Shown here piece by piece: positions 10,563-20,000 of a DNA stretch of 20,000 nt. The notes under the pieces were generated by a model. It did not search any database. It was given only the letters and a program-made list of their open reading frames with translations, and was not told the origin of the DNA. This stretch comes from Folioceros fuciformis (taxonomy: Eukaryota): assembly GCA_049999805.1 (NCBI GenBank), contig JBNGIO010006246.1:321250-341249 (forward strand), given 5' to 3'. Both the position numbers and the translations under genes were made by a program. Positions within the stretch are counted from its first letter, which is position 1. Each line of letters opens with the position of its first letter.

Positions 10563-10847
10563 TGCGGAAGCCTCCCACTTCTACGGACGGGTCGCTAGGA
10601 AGGAGGCTATTTCAACCGCTCGAAAGACTGGAGGGCCTTCCAGGGTTCCTTTCGGTACCGGAGTATCCTACGCACCTGGCCTCCTCCTGTGCATGGAGGA
10701 CAGGGTAATGGGGAACGCACACGTCATAATACGCATATGGATATTTGAGGTAGATACCTTATGGTCCACGGGAGATAGTATTTCATTCGCCAATGAAGTA
10801 ACGCCCCCTTCGTTACGCAGCGTAGAAGGAAGCAACGGCCTCGAATC

Positions 10848-10947
10848 NNNNNNNNNNNNNNNNNNNNNNNNNNNNNNNNNNNNNNNNNNNNNNNNNNNNN
10901 NNNNNNNNNNNNNNNNNNNNNNNNNNNNNNNNNNNNNNNNNNNNNNN
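10848..10947. other. Assembly gap (100 N placeholder)
   Basis: Run of N upstream of AAE3. Confidence 1.
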
Positions 10948-11539
10948 GCTCCAAGTAGCCCGCCGTCCACTGACGACTAGGCTCCAAGTAGACTCTCACT
11001 GTCGTGCTGCTCTTTATTCCAGATACTTACAAAAGCTTTATTCCGGATACTGGTTAGGTTTATTCCAAATACTTACAAAAGAGCAATCTGACAAGCTTCC
11101 TCTTCAAACCCTCCACAGTTGTGTCTGAAGGCTAGGCTTCTCACTGAGAGCTATGTGAGAAGCACTGACAGCTATGTGAGTGTGAGAAGCACGGACAGCT
11201 ATGTGACTGTGAGAAGCCCTGACCTCTCACTGAGGGTTTGAAATCTTGCTTCTCACTGAGGGTTTGAGGGGTTTGAGATCTTGCTTCTCACTGAGGGTTT
11301 GAGGTTTTGCCTTGAACACACATCCTTTGAGGTTTTGCTTGGAACACACATCCTTTGGAAAGGAGATTTTCCAAGAAGCATAGATATGTGAGATTTTCCA
11401 AGAAGCATAGATATGTGTTCCAAATGTGTGTTCCAAAGGCAGCTCTAGACTTAGTTTTCACCTTTCTACTTTTATTTCACTTGTATCATTACTAATGCGA
11501 CCTTTCTACTTTCATTTCACTTGTACCATTACTAATGCG
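10948..11539. repeat. Patchwork of consecutive short tandem duplications (units ~23-40 bp)
   Basis: tttattcc(a/g)(g/a)atact x3 (11013-11081); 27-bp tgtgagaagcac(t/g)gacagctatgtga unit x2+ (11154-11217); tctcactgagggtttga x3 (11225-11302); 28-bp unit x2 (11298-11353); exact 27-bp gagattttccaagaagcatagatatgt x2 (11363-11416); 40-bp unit x2 (11460-11539). Confidence 0.9.
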
Positions 11540-11689
11540 GAACTTTCAAGTCACTCTCCGAAAAAAGCTCGACACCACGCTACATGTCCAAAAATGCCGG
11601 CACCACGACTGGGGATAGATCCCGGATCTGAAGTAGAAGCAATTACCACAAGCTAGGGATAAACCCAGGACACAAATCACTTCTATTTT

Positions 11690-12619
11690 ATTGAGGTAAG
11701 CACCTCCAAGACAACTCAGACCGCCAGGTCTGTAGCCTCAACACGAACTAGAATGCATGAGTCAGCCCGAAAATTCTCTCGGCACCACAACGCTTTCAGT
11801 CAGGGACGCTTTGAAATCTCTAAAGCAAGGGGTTCAAGCATCGGAACCGGAACTTCTCAAGAACCACCCATTCTTGTCGGTCTTAAATCTCTCCTCTAGT
11901 ACGTAGAACCTTCGCCTCCTGCAAAGAAGGGGTCTTTCAGTCTGTAAAAAAACGCACAAAAACTGGTTCAGGGCTGGATGTCTGGGGTGTTGTATACCTT
12001 GTGAAACTCGACCCACTTCGCCTGGGATTCCAAGTTTCTCCGGCACCACAACGGCCTAGAAGTCGACCTCGAGAGAGTACATGACTCTAGATCATAACCT
12101 TGAACCTGGAAATACGTCCTGTTGCAAGGACTGTTCAGATCGATGAGCAAAACTTTGTTTTGATTCACAGGATTTACCACATGCATACATGCATTCCCCG
12201 GGTACGCGATTGCTGACATGAAACCAGTAGGTGATCAGTCGTTAAGGACGGATACGATGGAATACCTCTGGTGAGAAGCACAGATGCACGTGTAAGGTCT
12301 TGGACATGGGAGCAGTTGGGTTCTCTGGGGAAAACAACCGCTTGTTAAATAAGCTCGTCAGACCAGTACCTATAGGCACGTAGCAGATTCGGCGTCGTCC
12401 GCGAAGGCGAAAGCCAAAAGCTCCGTCGGGAAAGGTCAGGACTTACGAGCAAGGCAAGCCAGGTCTTGAACGCAGGTCGGCAGCGGGCTGCGCAGCCACC
12501 GGCTACTGCAACACCACCTTCTCATCCAATTCCTCGGGCAAAGTGAGGGAGACCTCGCGGCGCACGACAGCGTCTGCCGCTGCTGCGCTGGTAAAGCCGT
12601 CTCTGAGAAGACTGTCCAT
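11690..12619 (-). pseudogene. F-box protein pseudogene
   Basis: From ATG 12619: ..LTLPEELDEKVVLQ*PVAAQ, then a 1-nt frameshift into RCRPAFKTWLALLVSPDLSRR, which together match the F-box consensus LP.E...IL.RLP....R.R.V.K.W..L..SP.F. Further fragments MHVVNPVNQNKVLL, GYDLES and SWRCLP resemble F-box-associated repeats and are broken by stops and frameshifts. The 3' boundary is approximate. Confidence 0.7.
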
Positions 12620-13198
12620 CGTTCTCGTCACCAAAGAGATCCTCGGCGACCCGTCGAGGGCACTCAAGCAGCAAATCTTGAGGCCACTCAACCCTCGACC
12701 TGGGCAGGTTGTGTGATGCGGAGTCTATTCAAGGGGAAATTTGTTAGGGGGCCGCCATCTTCCTTACGCCCCCCTGGGGCTGGACGCTAGAGCTACACCT
12801 GACAGCCCAGACCCTGTCTCAGAACTGCACGAGAAATAAATTTGGCAATTCTTTCCAGGGAATCACAACCACCCTTCCTAGGCCGACCTTCATTGCATTG
12901 TGTCATCTTCTGAAATGGCATCCCCATTCTGTTTCCTCATCTGCAAACTTGGAAACCAAGACAACGTGTTGGCAGGAGTCTTGCCCTGCTGCTAACCTGG
13001 GCCAGGCACGGCGGCAGGTTGCCGGTGCCATGAATTGCTGAAGGGTTGCACGCCGAGTGGCGCCGGGTTTGGCTTCCCAAACCCCCCATCACATCAGCCT
13101 CTGTGCTCGAGCTCGCTGGTTGCGTCCACAGCCGCTGGCTTTGAGCTCGAGCCCCGTCCCCTCTGATAGCATCCACAGCACCGCCAGCCACACTCGCT

Positions 13199-13207
13199 AA
13201 ACCCTAA
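13199..13207 (+). promoter_or_regulatory. Telo-box (AAACCCTAA) upstream of eIF2-gamma
   Basis: Exact AAACCCTAA about 340 bp before the ATG. Telo-boxes are typical of the promoters/5'UTRs of plant translation-machinery genes. Confidence 0.55.
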
Positions 13208-13332
13208 ACTGTGTAAACTGATATTGTCTAAACCCAGTTCTGAACAACCGGCCGGTGTGACACGCGATGTCGGAAAACCGCGACGGAAAGCATTTGTACT
13301 AAAAAATGTTTTTTTTGGGTTCGTTGTTTGTA

Positions 13333-13386
13333 GGGTTAAGTGTTGGCGTGGTTGGCCTTGGGTTAAGTGTTGGTGTGGTTGGCCTT
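13333..13386. repeat. 27-bp tandem duplication
   Basis: gggttaagtgttgg(c/t)gtggttggcctt x2 with one mismatch, probably within a 5'UTR intron. Confidence 0.85.
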
Positions 13387-13543
13387 GTGGTATACCATAG
13401 AGAGGATACTCCAATGACATGTAGGTACTACCAGTCGCTGCTTCTAAACGCTTGTTAGGTCTACTCTTGCCTGTCGGCTGGGAAGCGAGCTGGTCTTGAA
13501 CATCCCTCGCAGGTCACAGCAAGGGACGTCAAATTGTTCCACC

Positions 13544-14935
13544 ATGGCGAAGCGCGGGTTGATGGAGCAGGATTTGAGCAAGTTGGAGGTGGATAAGCTG
13601 CATCCGCAGTCTCCAGAGGTGATCTCCCGGCAAGCAACGATAAATCTTGGAACGATCGGGCATGTGGCTCACGGGAAGTCGACAGTGGTGAAGGCTATCT
13701 CGGGGGTGCAGACCGTGCGATTCAAGAACGAGCTGGTTCGGAACATCACTATCAAGCTAGGTTATGCGAATGCGAAGATCTATGTCTGCGAGAATGAGAA
13801 CTGCCCTCGGCCGGTGCGTTACAAGGCCTACGGCAGTGGCAAGGAGGACAGCCCACTGTGTGATGTGCCTGGGTTTGAGACCTCTCGGATGAAGCTGTTG
13901 CGGCATGTGTCTTTTGTGGACTGTCCTGGACATGATATTCTCATGGCTACTATGCTTAACGGTGCTGCCATCATGGATGGGGCCCTGCTGCTCATTGCGA
14001 GCAACGAAAGCTGCCCGCAGCCGCAGACTTCAGAGCATCTGGCTGCTGTGGAGATCATGCGTCTCAAGCATATTATTATTCTGCAAAACAAAATAGATCT
14101 TATCCAGGAAAGCGTGGCGATGAACCAGCACGAGTCCATCCAGAAGTTCATTCAGGGCACTATTGCAGACGGTGCTCCAGTGGTGCCAATATCTGCACAG
14201 CTGAAGTACAATGTGGATGTTGTTTGTGAGTACATCGTGAACAGGATTCCCATCCCGGAGCGAAATTTTGTTGCTCCACCAAACATGATTGTGATCAGGT
14301 CCTTCGATGTTAACAAGCCTGGAGCTGAAGTGGACGATATTAAAGGAGGAGTTGCGGGGGGCAGCATTTTGAGAGGTGTGCTGAAGGTGGGGCAGAAGAT
14401 TGAGGTTCGGCCAGGACAGGTGACCAAGGATGAGAGTGGCAGTATCAAGTGCACCCCTATTTTCTCGAGGATCATCTCCCTGTATGCGGAGCAGAACGAG
14501 CTCCAATTTGCGGTCCCTGGTGGACTCATTGGTGTTGGCACTACCATTGATCCCACTTTGACTCGTGCTGACAGGCTGGTTGGTCAAGTGCTTGGTGAGG
14601 TTGGGGAGCTACCAGAAGTTTTCGTTGAGCTGGAGGTGAATTTCTTTCTTCTTCGGCGACTGTTGGGTGTGAGGACCAAAGGCACTGAGAAACAAGGGAA
14701 AGTTAGTAAGCTAGCAAAAGGAGAGGTGCTCATGTTGAACATTGGGTCCATGTCAACTGGCGCACGGGTGCTGGCCGTCAGAAATGATCTTGCTAAGTTG
14801 CAGCTCACTTCACCAGTATGCACGAGCAAGGGAGAGAAGGTAGCCCTCAGCAGAAGAGTTGAGAATCACTGGCGATTAATTGGTTGGGGTCAAATCCAGG
14901 CCGGAGTACAGCTCGACATTCCCCCAGTAGCATAG
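13544..14935 (+). CDS. eIF2g: Eukaryotic translation initiation factor 2 gamma subunit (463 aa, intronless CDS)
   Basis: [34 protein letters not shown] (G1), [15 protein letters not shown] (G3), LQNKIDL (G4), PISAQ (G5) and C-terminal [16 protein letters not shown]. The ATG context is accATGG, and a likely 5'UTR acceptor cgcag| lies at 13512. Confidence 0.98.
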   Translation: MAKRGLMEQDLSKLEVDKLHPQSPEVISRQATINLGTIGHVAHGKSTVVKAISGVQTVRFKNELVRNITIKLGYANAKIYVCENENCPRPVRYKAYGSGKEDSPLCDVPGFETSRMKLLRHVSFVDCPGHDILMATMLNGAAIMDGALLLIASNESCPQPQTSEHLAAVEIMRLKHIIILQNKIDLIQESVAMNQHESIQKFIQGTIADGAPVVPISAQLKYNVDVVCEYIVNRIPIPERNFVAPPNMIVIRSFDVNKPGAEVDDIKGGVAGGSILRGVLKVGQKIEVRPGQVTKDESGSIKCTPIFSRIISLYAEQNELQFAVPGGLIGVGTTIDPTLTRADRLVGQVLGEVGELPEVFVELEVNFFLLRRLLGVRTKGTEKQGKVSKLAKGEVLMLNIGSMSTGARVLAVRNDLAKLQLTSPVCTSKGEKVALSRRVENHWRLIGWGQIQAGVQLDIPPVA

Positions 14936-15687
14936 CCGAGTGAATCACAACCTCAGCAAATCGAAGCAGAAGACAGGACCGGACAAACCACAGGTTTTAG
15001 GGCTTTACTCGTTAGGTAGTATGTGGATAGGCCGAGAATTACTCGGTACAATTTTTGTGAAGTGGCGCAGGAGACCTGGCTTGGTGTGTGTTTCCTTTGA
15101 TCAAGGCTATCTTGAGTTCATTTTTGTTATGTTTGTGTTTGATGTTGCCGGAGGATTGAGCATCCCTGCGTTGGTGATGGCTTGGACGCTCAACCTGGGC
15201 TTGCGCTTTGGTTCCAACCCGAGTTTCTCCCCGTTTTCTAGGGGAGTTTGCATGAAGACCACGGGCTGTGGGTGAAGCTACGTGGGTGGGTCTTCAACTT
15301 CACGTTCAAAGATACCTGTACGAAGTCGTTGAATCCTTGGGCAGTAGGAGGCGTGGACATCATTTGGACTGCACTGCCGTAGAAACGCTCCCCATTGCAT
15401 CGAAAATACCTAAAGGGACAAACGTGCGCCACAGGCAATGCGTTTTTCCTCGCATCAAGCGGGAGAGTTATAATAGAGGAATGGAATGGTACACGGGATT
15501 CAGCATTCACTAAGCAATCTACGAACCTCCAAATCTCAGATACCCTAGTAACACAAAGTGACGCGATGGTTACAAATCAATACGAGACTGCACAGCGCTG
15601 GCTACATCGGGATGAAGGTCGCTAAAATAGATTTTGGACAGGAAAAAAAAATCTGAAAAGCCCAGCCTTGGTGGACTCCACAGTTCA

Positions 15688-18600
15688 TCATACATAATGG
15701 TACGAAAACTTCTTCTTCCCAAACAAACTCTTCTTCCAAGGGGTGGATGCCGATGGTTTGATGATATCTCCAAGGATACACAGTACCTGCATTTGCGTGA
15801 GCACGGACACGACATCAGAAGCTGAGCGTGCACTAGCTGATCACTGATGTGCTGTGCTGTCCGCTCTGATCTGATGGGAGAGAAACCAGAAAAAGATAAA
15901 AAAACAAACCTCACTAAATTCAGGTCTCTGTTTCGGGTCATGATGCCAGCACCGTTCAGCAAGTGCAGTCAGCTTTTCAGGCACAACGGAAGGCATCACG
16001 GGCCTTAACTGCCTGGCAGGTGGAATTCGCAAAGTCACACATGTGGATAAAACAACAAAGGCCCGAGACATCAGGACCAGAACACCTCGCATCAAATTTT
16101 GCAGCAAATGAGTCGGACAATAGGGTACATGTACAAACCTTTGTACAACGCCGATTGCAGCCTGCAGAGGCGTCAGGCCCGAGTAAGGTATTTCTCCAGT
16201 GACAACCTCCCTGGTGCAAGGGCAAAACAAAACATTATGTATGTTGCAAGGGAAAAGCACAGCAATAAATCGCGAGGCGAAAGGAGACTACACCTCACCA
16301 GATCATTATCCCGTAAGAGTACACATCAGCCTTGTGGTCATACGGCTTGTGCTCTAAGACCTGGTATCCAAAGCGTTAAGCCGAATCAGGAACCCTGACA
16401 AAATTTGATTGAAAGTGATGAACCAAACCACTTCACATGCAGAATAAATACCTCAGGAGACATCCATCTATACGTCCCCGTTTCAGCAGTCATTTCCACA
16501 GGCCAATGCCCTGATCCAGAGCTTCCCACAGTCGATGGCTTCAAGCGAGCTACACCGAAATCACACACCTTTACCACCTGGAGAAAAAGCACATCCTAGG
16601 AAGTTAGGAAGCCCATGGCACCGTAAAATTAACCACATTGGAGGCAAATGTCCGGCTGTTGACGACAAACATTACGAACTGAGAACATTTCTCACATCAT
16701 GCTCATCAATCAAAAGGTTTGCAGCCTTCAAGTCTCGATGCACAATCCCTCTCCTGAAAAAAGCAATAAGTTCTGTCATTGTGGAGAAGAAAGAGATCAG
16801 GCGCCGTGCCAGTTTCCAAGCAGCCCTCTTCTAGCAGTATCCATCAATGGCGTTTACTACCTGTGGAGGAAATCCATTCCCCGTGCAGCATCTCTCAAAA
16901 CCTTTACAGCTGAAGAAACATCCAAGCCACTCCCTCGAGCTTGCATCATATCTCTGACACTGGAATGGATACAATACCACAAACAGATTGAACAACTCGT
17001 TCCGATGGTAAACTGGCACCTGGGAGAGCTAAAACAGAGCACCTTCTACAGGATTGCATTCAGGGACAGCAGAATAAAATAATTACCTTCCACCAGACAT
17101 AAGCTCGGTCACTATACAAAGCCTGGGCCAGCAAGAACATGCTCCAATAAATTGTACTAGGTTCTTGTGGCGGACCAGTCTGCAAAAGCAAACAACAGAG
17201 ACCACAGGTCAACAGCACTCTTCTAGATTGCTGTCTAAGTTAAAATGAAGCACGAAAAAGAGGATCACCACCTCATGATTGAAACTTCCTGCTTGAACAT
17301 CTGCAAAAGCTCGGCAGCTGGGGCAGCTCGCAAGATGCCAGAATCCACATCGACATCTCCATCCAGCAACATGATCTTAATGGCAACATCCTGGCTGAGA
17401 TATGTGCCTCGATAGAGGCGGCCTGAGGAGCCACCACCCAACCTTTCGCCAATCACGAGCTGCACACATTTGGAAAGGAAACAGATAAATAAAAACTTAC
17501 TCTGCACACACGGTGGAGTAAAAAGAGGAAAGTACATCAGTTTTACAGCCTTTGAGGAATCCAATTGTATCATAAAAACGATTGCACGAGAAGGGGGAAG
17601 GTAATACATTGCTATAATCAACTGCCCAATCCTCATACGCTATTGCTTCGGCAGCAGTCCGCAACTGAGCTTCAGTGGAGAGTTTTGAGCGCAAAGGAGG
17701 TGCCAAACTAAGCTCAGAACTCAAAGTTCTTACAAATGCTTGCCTCAGTTCCTCGGGCTGTAAGGAAGTCAAGGAGAACATAAGCTCATGGGAGTGCATA
17801 ATCACTGAATCTTGATTCACTTGCACATAAAGAAGGATAAATTGGGCACTGACCTCGTCTCCCGTCCAGCCCTCAACAACAAATACCTCCAAGGCCATGC
17901 CGTCTACGGTGCTAAAAGCATGGGCTTCCTGCACATTCGTTACACCAAGTGAGGGCACGCGCAGTATGGGAGATTTTACCGTTGCAAGCCTCCGATCCAA
18001 CACCAAAATCGCCAAGACAAAGGAAGATGGAGATGGCTATCACCTTTATGTTCAGTTGAAGGGAAATGCTGTTCAAAGCTGACGTGAAAAGCTTCAGAAT
18101 GCCAGGCCGGTCAGAGGCAGCAAGAGTTATCTCATAGCCGTAAGAGGGACTTGAATCTTCATGTCCACTGGAATAGCCTTCATCATCAATCTCTAGCGGA
18201 TTCGTGAAGGACCCGAAAGTGGGCCTAGAGAACGGAGATGCTGATCCAGGAGGTGTGTTCCTAGAAGCAGGACCACGAGATCCGGGAGATGCTCGGGATC
18301 TTGCCTGCACCCCAGCTGGATGAACCTTGGACTGACTACTACCACCTAGCAGGCCAGCCAAGTTTGAACATGAGCCAAAAGCTGGTTTGGGAATTTTGGG
18401 AATGGGGATTGCTCTCCTTCGAGACGTCACTTCTGGTTGTGAGGAAGCCTCCTCACTGGCCTCGGACGCGGACGATCCACCAGGTAACTGTACCTTCCGT
18501 ACATGAATTTGTGGGAGGGGCACGGCGCCCGTCGAGGCTACGTCGCCCTTCAGCTCTGCCTCCCCAGCCTCTCCAAGCAGTCGCATGTGCAGCAGAACAT

Positions 18601-19623
18601 CCTCATGCCGTTGCACATCGATGTTCAGCGCATACCTGCAGAGCAGCAAACACCGTAACAAACATAAGACACTAGCTAGTACCATAACAGCCACGACGTC
18701 ATCAAAGACCACACTTTGGCCCGCATTCACACAAAACCCTCATCTGGCAGCAAGCACATTGCAGCCCACACCCACTTCCTACTTCCCAATTGGGTCAAAC
18801 CAAGCTGCCTCCTATACGCATCCACGGACAACCCAGCCATCTAATTCCACAGCCGACGGAAATCGGAGCTGCTTCTCGATGCATCCCCAAAACCAGCTCC
18901 GCAAGACCGTGTCGTCCTACGCTCCGGATTCTAACAAACCCCGCCCCAAGTCCCCCACACCATCCCCCAATTACAGTCTCCCGCGATCCAATTGGTTCAA
19001 GAAAGCAGGCGCACGGAGCTCACCTCGCTGGCAAGCGGGAAAAATGGGCTCGCAGATTGTTGCACACCTCCGCCCCGAAGCCCAGAGCGGTGACCCTGTC
19101 AACCACCTGCTTCACCACAGTCTCCCGGAGGTTGACAGAAATGAGAGAGTGGCCCTTAGTAGCACGTTCCTGCTGCGAGCGTCCCATCTGCCTGGGCGAA
19201 AGGGCCAGCGAACTCAGCAGCTTGGTGACCCGCAATGCGCATCTACCAGAGGAAGAGGGGGAGGGGGAGCAGGGACGCGGCAGCTCGCACTCGATGTCTG
19301 GCTCCCCTCCGTCTTCACGTGTGGAGCTGCCATTGCTCAGGCTCTTGTCCATGGACCTGGTTCTGCGCCATCCCACCTGAAGATGCACCATCAGCCCGGC
19401 GGACTTCACGTCGATGGGCTCACTCCCCCACAGGCTTGTGCAGCAGAGGCGGCAGCAGCAGAAGAAGAGGAAGATGCGAATGACGAAGAAGACGACGATG
19501 CTCAAGGCTGAGTGAGTGGTGTACGCACAACCCTTCTATGCGGCACACTAATTCTTCAAAGGGACAGGAGGAATGGGGCCGTGAAGCTGACGGTGACATG
19601 CCACGCGCGGCCATGGATAGCAC
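15688..19623 (-). CDS. ACT-domain Raf-like protein kinase (STY8/17/46-like). Exons: 19623-19529 (tentative), 19434-19024, 18635-18044, 17928-17854, 17757-17608, 17459-17272, 17179-17087, 16959-16861, 16753-16696, 16577-16452, 16360-16299, 16210-16139, 16012-15910, 15786-15688.
   Basis: [27 protein letters not shown] domain [41 protein letters not shown]; kinase motifs [75 protein letters not shown]. All internal junctions are GT-AG and frame-consistent. The first exon and start are uncertain (alternative ATGs at 19391 and 19352). Confidence 0.92.
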
Positions 19624-19710
19624 ATGCCAGCCGCGAGGCCATGCGGGTTGCCGAGCGATAGGCGGGCGCAGGCTCGTTCCAGGAAAGCGCGGATGCGTTC
19701 CGTTCAGCAG

Positions 19711-19741
19711 GCCGGGCCAGGCCAGGCCAGGCCAGGCCAGG
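19711..19741. repeat. (GCCAG)5 pentanucleotide microsatellite upstream of the kinase
   Basis: gccgg gccag gccag gccag gccag gccag g read directly. Confidence 0.85.
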
Positions 19742-20000
19742 ACGACACCCGAGACGCGGATAGACCTTAACCTTAACCCTCCCGCCTCTGTGGGGCCGTA
19801 GCCTTAACTTAGGCGCGGTCCCCGACAGACGCCGCTTCCGGCGGATCGTGAATTCGTGAATCGTAACTTCGCCGAAATGGTGAACAATTCGGTGTTGAGA
19901 TACGAGTCTTTTTGCCTTTGCACGTTTCGATCTCCACGAGATGATAGCAGGAGAGAGTTTGGTGCGCCTTTCCTCAGGGGATGTTTACATGCATATATAG

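Noticed and set aside
9868-10980. 370-aa plus-strand ORF
   Set aside because: Antisense shadow of AAE3, artificially extended through two N gaps.
10948-11539. Repeats of 27-40 bp superficially like a CRISPR array
   Set aside because: The units differ from one another, have no unique spacers, have no cas genes nearby, and the context is eukaryotic.
18585-19511. 308-aa plus-strand ORF with an acidic tail
   Set aside because: Antisense to the kinase 5' exons; the acidic tail is the complement of an intronic pyrimidine tract, and no domain is recognisable.

Overview
Eukaryotic land-plant nuclear DNA from a compact, gene-dense genome. GT-AG introns are mostly about 80-165 bp, so a non-seed plant such as a hornwort or lycophyte is plausible but unproven. 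There are three 100-N assembly gaps. From left to right: the 5' end of an ABCG half-transporter (-); an AT-rich block with an interstitial TTTAGGG array; an orphan ORF with a coiled-coil tail; a membrane-anchored, ectodomain-less PXC3-like pseudokinase with a large kinase insert (+); an oxalate-CoA ligase (AAE3-like) immediately followed by an oxalyl-CoA decarboxylase/2-hydroxyacyl-CoA lyase (both -); a patchwork of short tandem duplications; an F-box pseudogene (-); an eIF2-gamma with an intronless CDS (+); and a multi-exon ACT-domain Raf-like (STY-type) kinase (-). The main observation is that the two consecutive oxalate-catabolism enzymes can be joined in frame by a phase-1 GT-AG intron (8332-8618). 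The decarboxylase exon has no in-frame start codon ahead of its conserved N-terminus. This predicts a single bifunctional ligase-decarboxylase of about 1,100 aa.
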